From: Actinomycetospora sp.
GTDB lineage: Bacteria > Actinomycetota > Actinomycetes > Mycobacteriales > Pseudonocardiaceae
Assembly: GCF_036497245.1 (NCBI RefSeq)
Contig: NZ_DASXJS010000170.1
Span: 3,799-67,798, forward strand
DNA length: 64,000 nucleotides
Reading direction: 5' to 3'
Below the pieces are notes generated by a model that was not told the origin of the DNA, did no database searches, and saw nothing but the letters and a program-made list of their open reading frames with translations. This document shows positions 28,328 through 37,807 of this stretch, one piece after another. Each line of letters begins with the position of its first letter. Position 1 is the first letter of the stretch. Position numbers and translations under genes: made by a program.

Positions 28328-29608
28328 GTGACCCCCGAGCCGGTCGATCCGACCCCGGATCTGCCGCCCCGCCCGGACCCGTGGACGGGGCTGCCCGATC
28401 CGCCGCCCGCGCCGGGGCCGCGCAAGGCTCCGCCGCCGCGACGCATGCCGACCCGTCCGAAGCCTCCGCCGCCGGGGCGCGGCCCGGTCCTGGCCGGGAA
28501 GTCCGGGGAGGGGCGGGAAGGGGTCGTCCTGATCGTCGGCGGGTCCGTCGCGATCCTCGTGCTCGTCCAGCTCGTCGTGGGCCTGGACCGGCTGGGATCG
28601 ATGTCCCCGGCGCTCTGGGGCGGCCTCGCGTTCCTCGTGCTGGTCCTCGTGTTCTGGGCGCGCTCGATCACGATGGTCTACCTGGCGGTCGGGGCCGACT
28701 GGTTGCAGTGGGGTCGGAGCTGGGTGGACCTGTACGACCTGGCGGAGGTGAAGGGCGCGAGGGGCGCCTACGAGACACCGATGCTCCGGTTCCGCGACGG
28801 GTCCGGCCGGCGGCTCAGCGCTTACGTGCACGAACTGCGCGCCGACCCGCTGATGTGGGACCTCATCCACCTCGGGGTCCGCTGGTCACGGGCGACCCGT
28901 GAGGTGGCCGTCAACGCCGCGGCCGAGGCGGTCGTCGGCGACGACCCCCTGCCGTCGCGGGCGCTCGGCCGGCGGAAACGGGTGGTGGTCGTGCGGGTCC
29001 GGCGGGACGACCCGCACACCGCCGAGCTCCCACCCCGGCCGGACCCCTGGACGTGCCTCCCGGCGCCGCCGGCCGCGCCGTGGACCGACGTCGACGCCGT
29101 CGTCCGGGTCCCGACCTGGCCGCAGTCGCTGCCGCCGGGCCGGGGGCCGCTGATCGGGGGCCGGTCCGGGGTCGACGTCCGGGGCCTCGCGGCGTTCGGG
29201 ATCGGGCTCGCCGTCGTGATCCTGGTGATCGTCACGCTCGTCGGGGTCGACCTGATCGCCGCTCACCCGGTGGCCACCACCGTCTACGGGATCGGCGCCG
29301 TCGGGGTGGTGGGTGCGCTCGGCTGGATCGCGACGGCGAGCTACGTCGCCGTGGGCGCCGACTGGGCCGCGGACGAGTTCTCGTGGGTCGACCTCTACGA
29401 CCTCGTCGCCGTCCGCGTCGCGCGCACCCGCTGGGGTGTCCCCGCCCTGTCGCTGACCGACGGGGAGGGACGCCGCGTGCTGGTGCCGTTGCGGTCCCTG
29501 TGCGCCGACGCGCTGTCCGGGCGATATGTGCACCTCGGGGTCCGGTGGTCGCGGGCGACCAACGTCGTCGAGGTCGACGAGCGGGCGCTCGCCCTGCTCG
29601 GGGGCTGA
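28328..29608 (+). CDS. Membrane protein made of two tandem homologous modules; candidate immunity protein
   Basis: Twice: LPPRPDPW..PPGRGP, 2 TM, Y.AVGADW, SWVDLYDL, HLGVRWSRAT. Confidence 0.7.
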   Translation: MTPEPVDPTPDLPPRPDPWTGLPDPPPAPGPRKAPPPRRMPTRPKPPPPGRGPVLAGKSGEGREGVVLIVGGSVAILVLVQLVVGLDRLGSMSPALWGGLAFLVLVLVFWARSITMVYLAVGADWLQWGRSWVDLYDLAEVKGARGAYETPMLRFRDGSGRRLSAYVHELRADPLMWDLIHLGVRWSRATREVAVNAAAEAVVGDDPLPSRALGRRKRVVVVRVRRDDPHTAELPPRPDPWTCLPAPPAAPWTDVDAVVRVPTWPQSLPPGRGPLIGGRSGVDVRGLAAFGIGLAVVILVIVTLVGVDLIAAHPVATTVYGIGAVGVVGALGWIATASYVAVGADWAADEFSWVDLYDLVAVRVARTRWGVPALSLTDGEGRRVLVPLRSLCADALSGRYVHLGVRWSRATNVVEVDERALALLGG

Positions 29609-29778
29609 TCGTCACGGCCCACGTCGGCCGGGCCCGCCGAATCATCAAATGTGGTGATGCTCGGTACCTCCCCCCGCAGGACGATCCATCGGGACCAGGC
29701 CGGGGCGACGTCGGGGAGTCCGGGCCCAACAACCACCCAACCGTGCCTTTCCCGCGCGCGGTCGACCGGGAGCGCGCA

Positions 29779-30723
29779 ATGACAATTCAGCCGCCAGGCG
29801 TCGCCAAGACGAACGGTGTGACTGTCCCATCCCCCCGACCGGGAATTCTCGACATCTCTGCTCTCGAGACGGATGCCTCGGCGGCGGTCGCGCACGACGC
29901 GACGCCTGCCTCGACGGCACCGGCCTGGTCGGCGAGTACGACGCCGACGCCGACCACGGTCTCGCTCATCATTCCGACCCGCAACGAGGCCGCCAATATC
30001 GCCTGGGTGCTCGAGCAGGTGCCCAGCTGCGTGACCGAGATCCTCGTGGTCGACGGCAACTCGTCGGACGCGACCCTGGTGACGGCGCGCTCGGCGCGTC
30101 CGGACATCCGCGTGGTGATGCAGTCCGGGGTCGGCAAGGGGGACGCCCTCGCGGCCGGCATGGCCGCCTCGACGGGCGACATCGTCCTGATGATCGATGC
30201 GGACGGCAGTATGTCGCCGCAGGAGATCCCGCACTTCCTGTATTTCCTGACGCACGGATACGACTTCGTCAAGGGTTCCCGATTCATCGCGGGTGGTGGA
30301 TCGCTGGATATCACGATGCTCCGCCGAAACGGCAATCGCGCCCTCATGCGGCTCGTCTCGTCCCTCTACGCAGCGTCCTTGACCGACCTCTGCTACGGAT
30401 TCATCGGATTCCACCGGCGCTATCTGGACTACGTCGACCTCACCACTCCGGGCTTCGAGGTCGAGACCCGCATGGTGATCTCCGCGATCCAGGCCGGGCT
30501 GCGCATCGCCGAGGTCCCCAGCCTCGAGATGCCGCGACGGTCGGGGACGTCGAACCTGCGCACCTTCCGGGACGGAACCCGGGTGCTGCGCACGGTCCTG
30601 CGCACCCACGAGAGCGGTCTGAGCGGGCACGCCGTCCAGCAGGTGCGGCGGTTCGTGCACCGCAAGGCACACGGCTCCGCAGCCGCGGTCGGTCTCGACC
30701 GGCCCCTCAAGGCAGCCCCGTGA
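29779..30723 (+). CDS. Glycosyltransferase family 2 (DPM/DPG synthase-like)
   Basis: IIPTRNE, VDGNSSD, DAD, KGSRF, TDLCYG, GFEVE. Confidence 0.92.
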   Translation: MTIQPPGVAKTNGVTVPSPRPGILDISALETDASAAVAHDATPASTAPAWSASTTPTPTTVSLIIPTRNEAANIAWVLEQVPSCVTEILVVDGNSSDATLVTARSARPDIRVVMQSGVGKGDALAAGMAASTGDIVLMIDADGSMSPQEIPHFLYFLTHGYDFVKGSRFIAGGGSLDITMLRRNGNRALMRLVSSLYAASLTDLCYGFIGFHRRYLDYVDLTTPGFEVETRMVISAIQAGLRIAEVPSLEMPRRSGTSNLRTFRDGTRVLRTVLRTHESGLSGHAVQQVRRFVHRKAHGSAAAVGLDRPLKAAP

Positions 30724-31718
30724 GGGCGGAGACGAGCGCACCTCCCCTCCGGACGCCCGAGGCCACCCGCCGGCCGTGCCTTCCGACCATGTCGGCCGTC
30801 GTGTGTGCGTTCTCCGACGCACGGTGGGACGACACGCTGGCCGCGGTCGCATCGTTGACCGCGCAGCGGCCCGCGCCGCTCGAGGTCATCGTCGTCGTCG
30901 ACCACAACCCCGGGCTCTGCGCCCGCCTGGCCGAGGCGCTCGACGTCACCGTGATCGAGAACGCGGGCCCGCAGGGCCTCTCGGGCGGCAAGAACACCGG
31001 GATCGACGTGGCGCAGGGCGACGTGGTCGCGTTCCTCGACGACGACGCGATCGCGGCGCCCGGGTGGCTCTCGGCGCTCGCCCGCCCGTTCGACGACCCC
31101 CGTGTCATGGGCGTCGGTGGACTGACCCTGCCCGCCTGGGCGACCGAGCGTCCCGCGTGGTGGCCCGAGGAGTTCGACTGGGTGGTGGGTTGCACCTTCG
31201 TCGGTCGCGAGCCCGGCGTGGTCCGCAACCTCCTCGGCGGCAACGCGGCGTTCCGCCGCGAGCTGTTCGACCTCGTCGGCGGATTCCCGACCCACATCGG
31301 GCGGTCCTCGGGCGACCGGCGGCCGCTGGGCTGCGAGGAGACGGAGCTCTGCATCCGGGCGAGCCAACGCCGTCCCGGCGGGACGTTCGTCTTCGAACCG
31401 GGCGCGGTGATCCGGCACCGGGTCCCGCGCGAGCGTGAGCGATTCACCTACTTCCGGGCCCGCTGCTTCGCGGAGGGCCTGTCCAAGGCGCTCGTCGCGC
31501 GGAGCGTCGGTCTCCAGGACGGTCTCTCCGCCGAGCGTCGGTACGCCTCGGTCGCGCTGCGCGACGCGGTCGTCCGGGGCCTGGGGCAGGGACTCACCGG
31601 CGACGGGAACGGGGCTCGGCGTGCCGGGGCGGTCCTCACCGGGGTCATGTGGGCGAGCGCCGGATTCGCCGTGGGCAGCATCCGGGAGACGAGGCGGCGC
31701 ACAGGAGCTGCGCGGTGA
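30720..31718 (+). CDS. Glycosyltransferase family 2
   Basis: VVCAF, FLDDD, GGNAAFRR, GCEETELC. Confidence 0.9.
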   Translation: MRAETSAPPLRTPEATRRPCLPTMSAVVCAFSDARWDDTLAAVASLTAQRPAPLEVIVVVDHNPGLCARLAEALDVTVIENAGPQGLSGGKNTGIDVAQGDVVAFLDDDAIAAPGWLSALARPFDDPRVMGVGGLTLPAWATERPAWWPEEFDWVVGCTFVGREPGVVRNLLGGNAAFRRELFDLVGGFPTHIGRSSGDRRPLGCEETELCIRASQRRPGGTFVFEPGAVIRHRVPRERERFTYFRARCFAEGLSKALVARSVGLQDGLSAERRYASVALRDAVVRGLGQGLTGDGNGARRAGAVLTGVMWASAGFAVGSIRETRRRTGAAR

Positions 31719-32515
31719 GCCTCGCCGTCCCCATCCTGATGTACCACTCCGTCGCGGACGATCCACCCGAGGCCACGCGGACGCTGTCGGTCCGGCCGTC
31801 GCAGATGGGCGCGCACCTGCGGTTCCTGCGCGACCACGGGTTCACCGGGCTGACGTTCACTGACCTCTGTGAGCGGGTCCGTGCCGGCGCTGCGCTGCCC
31901 GCCCGGCCCGTCGTCCTCACCTTCGACGACGGCTACGCCGACACCCACGGGTCGGCGCTGCCGCTGCTCGTCGAGCACGGCTTCCCGGCCACGGTGTTCG
32001 TCACGACGGGGTGGTTGCGCGACGCCGGGGCGGACTCGGCCGGTCGGCCGCTGGACCGCATGATGGGCTGGTCGCAGCTCCGTGAGCTGGTCGATTCCGG
32101 GATCGAGGTGGCGGCGCACAGCCACAGCCACCCGCAGCTCGACCAGCTCGACGACAAGGCGCTCGACACCGAGCTGCGGCACAGCGCGGCGTTGCTCGAG
32201 GACCGCCTCTCCACCCGCGTGTCGAGCCTCGCCTACCCGTTCGGGTACAGCAGCAGGCGCGTCCGCAAGGCCGTCGCGACCGCCGGGTACCGGCAGGCCG
32301 CGTCCGTGGCCAACGCCGTCGCCGATGTGGGTGGCGGGGACGCGTTCGCCGTGCCCCGGCTCACGGTGCGCCGCACCACGTCCCCGGAGGTGTTCTGCCG
32401 GATCGCCTACGGCGTCGAGGTGGATCGCGTCTTCCGGACCGACCGTGCGCTGACCCGCGGGTGGTCGGTGGTGCGGTGGTCGCGCTCGCGGCTCCGGGGA
32501 ACCCGCTGTGCTTGA
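31715..32515 (+). CDS. Polysaccharide deacetylase (CE4/NodB)
   Basis: PILMYH, TFDDGY, HSHSH, AYPFG. Confidence 0.92.
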   Translation: MSLAVPILMYHSVADDPPEATRTLSVRPSQMGAHLRFLRDHGFTGLTFTDLCERVRAGAALPARPVVLTFDDGYADTHGSALPLLVEHGFPATVFVTTGWLRDAGADSAGRPLDRMMGWSQLRELVDSGIEVAAHSHSHPQLDQLDDKALDTELRHSAALLEDRLSTRVSSLAYPFGYSSRRVRKAVATAGYRQAASVANAVADVGGGDAFAVPRLTVRRTTSPEVFCRIAYGVEVDRVFRTDRALTRGWSVVRWSRSRLRGTRCA

Positions 32516-34445
32516 CACCCTCGCGCGGTCGCGTCCGACCGGCGACACGGAGCCCTCCCGACGCGTCCCCCGGTGGCGTTCGGTGGATTCGCTGCTGCGC
32601 GGCGCTCCGCCCCGCCGTGTCGATCTCGCCGTGGTGCTCCTGGCGGCGGCCGGTGTCGCGGTGTGGTGGCTGTCGGTCGCCAACCTCCCCCTGTCGGAGA
32701 TGACCGACCTCGGTCTGGTCTCCGTCTTCCCGGTCGGGGTGTGGATCGGCTTCCTGCTCGTCGGGTCGTCGTTCGTGGTGGCGGTGCGGGCCGGGCGGAA
32801 CGGCGCCGTCATCCTGTCGCTCGCGGCCACGGTCCTGGTGCTGCACGGGCTGGGCGTGGTCGGCGAGCACGAGATGCGGTTCAGCGTGGCCTGGCGCCAC
32901 GTCGGCATCGCCGACTACCTCCGGACCCGGGGCGCGATCGACCCGACCCTGGACGCCTACCAGAACTGGCCGGGCTTCTTCGCGGTCACCGCGTTCATCT
33001 GGCAGGCCACGGGCATCGTCGATCCGACCCCCGTGCTGGCGTGGGCGCCCGTCGTTCACAACGTGCTCTACCTCCTCCCGCTCATCGCGATCGGCAACCG
33101 TCTGTTCCGGGACCGGACGATCGTCTGGGTCGGCGCCTGGCTGTTCACGGTGGGCAACTGGATCGGGCAGGACTACTTCTCCCCGCAGGGCTGGTACCTG
33201 TTCATCTACCTCACCGTCATGGCCGTCATCCTGCAGTGGTTCAGCCTCGAGGTCCCGGCGTTCGAGGAGGCACGCGCGGCCGGCGCCGCGGGGCAGACGG
33301 AACCGTCGTCGACCTGGCGACGGTGGATGTGGTCGTCCGCGGCCCCGGCGCTGTCCGCCCTGGCCACGTGCAGGCGCAGGCGCCTCGTCCTGCTCGCTCT
33401 GGTCCTGTTGCTGTGCGCGGTCACCATCGTCGGCCACCAGCTGACCCCGTTCGTCCTGGTCCTCGGGACGGCCGCGGTGGCGCTGCTCGGGTGGTCGCGC
33501 CTCCGCACGCTCCCGGTGGTCCTGGTGCTGGCCACGCTGGCGTGGACCGGGTACGCCGCCGCCGCCTACTCGGCGGGCCACCCGGACACCTTCAACCAGT
33601 TCGGCGCGTTCACCTCGATCTTCCAGCAGACCGTCGAGAAGCGGCTGTCCGGCTCCCCGGGGCACGCGCTGATCGCCCGCCTCCGGCTCATGGAGACCGC
33701 CTTCCTCTGGGGGCTGGCCCTGCTGGGTGCGTACCGCCTGGTGCGTCGGAAGCGACGGCATCTCGCCCGGGGTCTCATCGTGCTCGCGCTGTGCCCCTAC
33801 CCGGTGGTCGCGGCCCAGTCGTACGGCGGCGAGGGCCTGATGCGGGTGACGCTGTTCGCGCTGCCCTTCATCGCGCTGCTCGCCGCGGCCGGGCTGGTCG
33901 GGATGTCTCGGTCGACGCGCCTGCGGACCGTGGTGCCCGTCCTGGTGGTGGGGGTCCTGCTGGTCAGCGTGTTCCCGTTCACCCGCTACGGCAACGAACG
34001 CATGGACTTCTACACCCCGGACGAGGTCCTCGGCGTGCAGCAGATGTACCGCCTGGCCCCGCAGGGCGCGGTGCTCACCTCGGTGACCGGAGGGCTCCCG
34101 TGGCGCTCGACCCACTACGCCGACGACCAGTACCGGGTGCTGAGCGACGGCAACGCGATCGAGACCTCGCCCGACGCCGGGCTGGTCGGGACCGTCGACC
34201 TCGACAATCCCGACCGGCGGGTGCTCGCCACGCAGGTCGCCACGCGGATGGTGGCCGGCCCCGGCCAGCGGTCGCTCCTGATCGTGAGCCGTAGCCAGGG
34301 CGCCGAGCTGGACCTGTTGGGCCCGTTCCCCTCGGGGGCCCAGAACCGGCTCCTGGCCGTGCTGCGCACCTCACCGGCGTTCCGGACGGTGTACGCCAAC
34401 CACGACGTCACCGTGTTCGAGCCGACGGGACGGGTCCCCTCATGA
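32508..34445 (+). CDS. Multi-pass membrane protein of glycan cluster (GT-C/polymerase-like)
   Basis: >10 TM; WRHVGI, Y..WPGFF, NWIGQDYFSPQ, HQLTP, RYGNE; translationally coupled. Confidence 0.7.
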   Translation: MLDTLARSRPTGDTEPSRRVPRWRSVDSLLRGAPPRRVDLAVVLLAAAGVAVWWLSVANLPLSEMTDLGLVSVFPVGVWIGFLLVGSSFVVAVRAGRNGAVILSLAATVLVLHGLGVVGEHEMRFSVAWRHVGIADYLRTRGAIDPTLDAYQNWPGFFAVTAFIWQATGIVDPTPVLAWAPVVHNVLYLLPLIAIGNRLFRDRTIVWVGAWLFTVGNWIGQDYFSPQGWYLFIYLTVMAVILQWFSLEVPAFEEARAAGAAGQTEPSSTWRRWMWSSAAPALSALATCRRRRLVLLALVLLLCAVTIVGHQLTPFVLVLGTAAVALLGWSRLRTLPVVLVLATLAWTGYAAAAYSAGHPDTFNQFGAFTSIFQQTVEKRLSGSPGHALIARLRLMETAFLWGLALLGAYRLVRRKRRHLARGLIVLALCPYPVVAAQSYGGEGLMRVTLFALPFIALLAAAGLVGMSRSTRLRTVVPVLVVGVLLVSVFPFTRYGNERMDFYTPDEVLGVQQMYRLAPQGAVLTSVTGGLPWRSTHYADDQYRVLSDGNAIETSPDAGLVGTVDLDNPDRRVLATQVATRMVAGPGQRSLLIVSRSQGAELDLLGPFPSGAQNRLLAVLRTSPAFRTVYANHDVTVFEPTGRVPS

Positions 34446-34855
34446 CCATGTCGTCGAACCGGTGGACCGTCCCGTGGAGCACCGTGACCGCGTCGGGCCC
34501 GCCCCGGTGGATCCCGGCCGTGGCCCCGTTCCTGCTCTCGGTCGTCGCGCTGCTCGCGGGGGCACTCGTCGTCGCCGACGTGTCGTCGCCGGTGCGGGGC
34601 GTGCTGGTGTTCGTCTTCGTGATGGTCGTCCCGGGGTGGGCGCTCCTCGACTGCTGGGACCTGGCCAGAGGCTGGCTGGGAGTCGCTCTCGTCGTCGCGA
34701 CCAGCACCTCACTGGCGACCGCGACCGCCACCGCACAGCTCTACCTGGGCCTCTGGTCACCGACCGCCACCGTGCTGGTGCTCGTCCTCATCACGGTGTG
34801 CGCCCAGGCCGCGCGCGGGACCCTGCGCCGTCGCACCCGGGAGGCGTCGCGGTGA
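34442..34855 (+). CDS. Four-TM membrane protein
   Basis: ATGA overlap, VPGWA, hydrophobic segments. Confidence 0.7.
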   Translation: MTMSSNRWTVPWSTVTASGPPRWIPAVAPFLLSVVALLAGALVVADVSSPVRGVLVFVFVMVVPGWALLDCWDLARGWLGVALVVATSTSLATATATAQLYLGLWSPTATVLVLVLITVCAQAARGTLRRRTREASR

Positions 34856-35049
34856 GCGCCGTCCTCGCCGGCCCCGTCGGCTGGGTGACCATCCTGGTCG
34901 TCCTCGGGATTCTGGTCACGGCCGCATTCGTGCGCGAGGCCCGGCCCGTCACCCTGCCCCGCACGCGTTCGCGGGGCTCGGTGTTCACGTTCTGCGCCGG
35001 CGCCGTCGCCCTCGTCATTCTCGCCCTCCATTTCTACGGGTTCTCATGA
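34852..35049 (+). CDS. Small two-TM membrane protein
   Basis: GTGA overlap with upstream stop, RBS GGAGG, two hydrophobic segments. Confidence 0.6.
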   Translation: MSAVLAGPVGWVTILVVLGILVTAAFVREARPVTLPRTRSRGSVFTFCAGAVALVILALHFYGFS

Positions 35050-35101
35050 TCAACTATTCCAGCGCGGACGCCACGTCCGCCCAGTCCGAGGGAGTGCACC
35101 G

Positions 35102-36976
35102 GTGAAAGCTCTGATATTGGCGGCCGGTTACGGCCAGCGGATGCGCCCGTTGACGGACCACCGCCACAAGACGCTGCTCACGATCGGCGGCCGCACGATC
35201 ATCGACCGCATTCTGCACGGCCTGCGCCTGCACGGGATCAACGAAGTGTTCATCGTGACGGGGTACCGGTCCGAGGAGCTCTCCGATCACGTCAGCACGA
35301 ACCATCCGGACTTCGAGTTCACGTTCATCCACAACGAGCGCTACGACAAGACGAACAACATCTTCTCGATGGCTCTCGCGTTCGAGCAGATCACGTTCGA
35401 CTCCGACCTGCTCCTCATCGAGTCCGACCTGATCTACGAGCCCGCGGTGCTCGACCGGATCATGAAGAGTGCGCACGAGAACGTGGCGTTGGTCGACCGG
35501 TACCACCCGGGCATGGACGGCACCGTCGTGGCCCTCAACGAGGGCCACGTCGTCTCGCAGGTCATCCCGCCGAGCCAGCAGTCGGCTCGCTTCGACTTCA
35601 GCGACAAGTACAAGACTCTCAACATCTACAAGTTCTCCCGGGACTTCTGCGCCACCACGCTGCTCCGGCTCCTGACCACCTACGCGCGCCTGATCGACGA
35701 CAACTGCTACTACGAGATGGTCCTCGGGATGCTGGTCTACATGCAGCAGGCCGAGATCCACGCGGAGGTCATCGACTCGGAGCTCTGGAGCGAGGTCGAC
35801 GATCCGAGCGACCTGCGCCTGGCGGAGTTCAAGTTCAGCCCGTCCGCACGGCACGGCATCCTGGAGTCGACGTGGGGAGGGTCCTGGGACCTGGGCGTGC
35901 TCGACTTCGCGTTCATCCGGAACATGCACTTCCCGCCCCCGGCCATGCTCTCGGAACTGCGGTTCCACCTCCCGGAGCTGCTGCAGAACTACGGGTCGGC
36001 GCAGGTCGTCCTGAACACGAAGCTGTCGTGGGCGCTGCAGTGGCCGGAGCGGTACACGCACCTGCTGGGGGGCGCGTCGCAGTGCTACCCGTGGCTGCGG
36101 TCCTGGTTCGCAGGCAAGCGCGTGCTCATCCCGGAACCCACGTTCGGCGAGTACTCCCGGATCTTCCCGGAGGCCGACCGGTACGTCGACGGCCCGGGCG
36201 TGGACTGGAGCGACGTCGAGCGGAGGGCGGCCGACGCCGACGTCGTCGTGTTCGTCAACCCGAACAACCCCAGCGGCACGACCCTCGACAGCGCCCTCAT
36301 CGCCGAGTTCGCGCGGTCCCGACCGGACACGACGGTGATCGTGGACGAGTCGTTCATCGAGTTCAGCGGGCAGCAGCCGCTGACGGAGATCCTCGCCGTC
36401 GAACCCCTCGACAACGTGCTCGTGATCAAGAGCCTGAGCAAGAGCCTGGGTGTGCCGGGCCTGCGGCTGGGCGCGCTGATGACCCGGAACCCGCGACTGG
36501 CCGCCCTGATCGCCGAGGAGACCCCGATCTGGGGCGTCAACTCGGTGGCGGAGAACTTCCTGACCGTCATGCTCAAGCACCGCCCCGCGCTGCACCAGTC
36601 GTTCCGGCGGACGGTGAGCGACCGGGAGGACCTCGCGGCGACGCTCGCGCGGCTGCCGATCGTCGATCAGGTGTACCCGAGCGGAGCGAACTTCCTGCTC
36701 GTGCGGCTGTCGCTGTCCGCGACCGCCACGAGCGAGCTGACGGCCCGGTTGGTCGAGAAGAAGCTCATCCACGTCAAGGACGTGTCCGCCAAGTTCGGGA
36801 CCGACGAGGGCTACTGGCGTGTGGCCGTGCGGACCCCGGCGGATCACGACCGCCTCCGCGACGCCGTGCTGCACCTCGCACCCCGGCGTCGCGACCAGGT
36901 CCGGCCCGCGCCCGCCGTCCCCGCCCCTGCCGTCACCGCCCCTGCCGTCACCGCCCTCGAAGGAGTCGCGCGATGA
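35102..36976 (+). CDS. Fusion of LicC/PntC-like NTP (cytidylyl)transferase and class I/II PLP enzyme (CobD/HisC-like)
   Basis: N: ILAAGYGQRMRPLT...K, TNNIFS, ESDL, W.EVDD..DL; C: PTF.EY, NPNNPSG, VDESFIEF, KSLSK.LG.PGLRLG. Confidence 0.88.
   Translation: MKALILAAGYGQRMRPLTDHRHKTLLTIGGRTIIDRILHGLRLHGINEVFIVTGYRSEELSDHVSTNHPDFEFTFIHNERYDKTNNIFSMALAFEQITFDSDLLLIESDLIYEPAVLDRIMKSAHENVALVDRYHPGMDGTVVALNEGHVVSQVIPPSQQSARFDFSDKYKTLNIYKFSRDFCATTLLRLLTTYARLIDDNCYYEMVLGMLVYMQQAEIHAEVIDSELWSEVDDPSDLRLAEFKFSPSARHGILESTWGGSWDLGVLDFAFIRNMHFPPPAMLSELRFHLPELLQNYGSAQVVLNTKLSWALQWPERYTHLLGGASQCYPWLRSWFAGKRVLIPEPTFGEYSRIFPEADRYVDGPGVDWSDVERRAADADVVVFVNPNNPSGTTLDSALIAEFARSRPDTTVIVDESFIEFSGQQPLTEILAVEPLDNVLVIKSLSKSLGVPGLRLGALMTRNPRLAALIAEETPIWGVNSVAENFLTVMLKHRPALHQSFRRTVSDREDLAATLARLPIVDQVYPSGANFLLVRLSLSATATSELTARLVEKKLIHVKDVSAKFGTDEGYWRVAVRTPADHDRLRDAVLHLAPRRRDQVRPAPAVPAPAVTAPAVTALEGVAR
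36911..36956 (+). repeat. 15-bp tandem repeat (PAVTA x3) in C-terminal tail
   Basis: cctgccgtcaccgcc units. Confidence 0.7.
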
Positions 36977-37776
36977 GCCTCGACACCCCAGGTCCCACCA
37001 CGGGCGTCCCGGCGCTCGCCCGCACCGAGCTGGCACCGCCCAAGAGACTCCGGACGACACTGCGCGGGAAGGCCGCGATCTACCGGAAGCTGTGGGCCGT
37101 CCCCGAGAACCGCAGGGTCTCCCCGATGATCGCCCTGACCCGCTTCACGGACCGCGCGCCGGACGTGATCCCGGTGGTCAGCGACCAGTACCGGCGCCGT
37201 CGCAGCGCGCTGTTCGAGCGCGACCTCCGGCTGCTGAACGACGTCCTCGCGGACAGCCCGCTCGCCGGGCGCTACTGGATCTGGGGCGGGATGCTCCTCG
37301 GCTGGGCCCGCGAGGGCCGGCTGCTCCCGCACGACACCGGCGACGCCGACTTCGGGTTCGACGCGGCCGACGTCGCGCTGTTCGACCAGGCCGAGGCACA
37401 ACTGCTCGCGGCGGGTTTCGGACGCGGCTTCCGCTTCCACAGCCGGGCCGGGGTCTGCACCGAGCGCGTCGTGGTCCGGCACGGGTTCAAGTTCGAGTTC
37501 TTCCGGATGGAGGAGGTCGCCCCCCGGACGCACGCGTTCCACGTCTACGGGCTGGGGCGCATCGGGCCGGTCGAGGTCGTCGGACACCTGCCGAAGCAGG
37601 AGCTCGAGCCGTTCGACTTCCTCGGGCGGACGTGGATGAAGCCGCGCGACCACGAACTGCTGCTGCGCACCTGCTACGGGGACTGGCGCACGCCAGACCC
37701 GTCGTGGGACTGGTTCGACGACCTCAGCCTGGTGTCTGCCCGGGCCTGGTTGCCCGAGGCCGGCGGTGCCGTCTGA
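36973..37776 (+). CDS. licD: LicD/fukutin-family phosphotransferase
   Basis: YW..GG.LLG..R.G.LLPHD..DAD, F.F.G.....P......L...YGDWRTP. Confidence 0.8.
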   Translation: MSLDTPGPTTGVPALARTELAPPKRLRTTLRGKAAIYRKLWAVPENRRVSPMIALTRFTDRAPDVIPVVSDQYRRRRSALFERDLRLLNDVLADSPLAGRYWIWGGMLLGWAREGRLLPHDTGDADFGFDAADVALFDQAEAQLLAAGFGRGFRFHSRAGVCTERVVVRHGFKFEFFRMEEVAPRTHAFHVYGLGRIGPVEVVGHLPKQELEPFDFLGRTWMKPRDHELLLRTCYGDWRTPDPSWDWFDDLSLVSARAWLPEAGGAV

Positions 37777-37807
37777 GACCACGCCACGGCAGGAGAAGGG
37801 GGACGGC

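Noticed and set aside
35102-36976. Cobalamin (cobD) or histidine (hisC) biosynthesis, or phosphonate biosynthesis
   Set aside because: Fused to an NTP transferase inside a glycan operon; no cob/his genes, PEP mutase or phosphonopyruvate decarboxylase nearby
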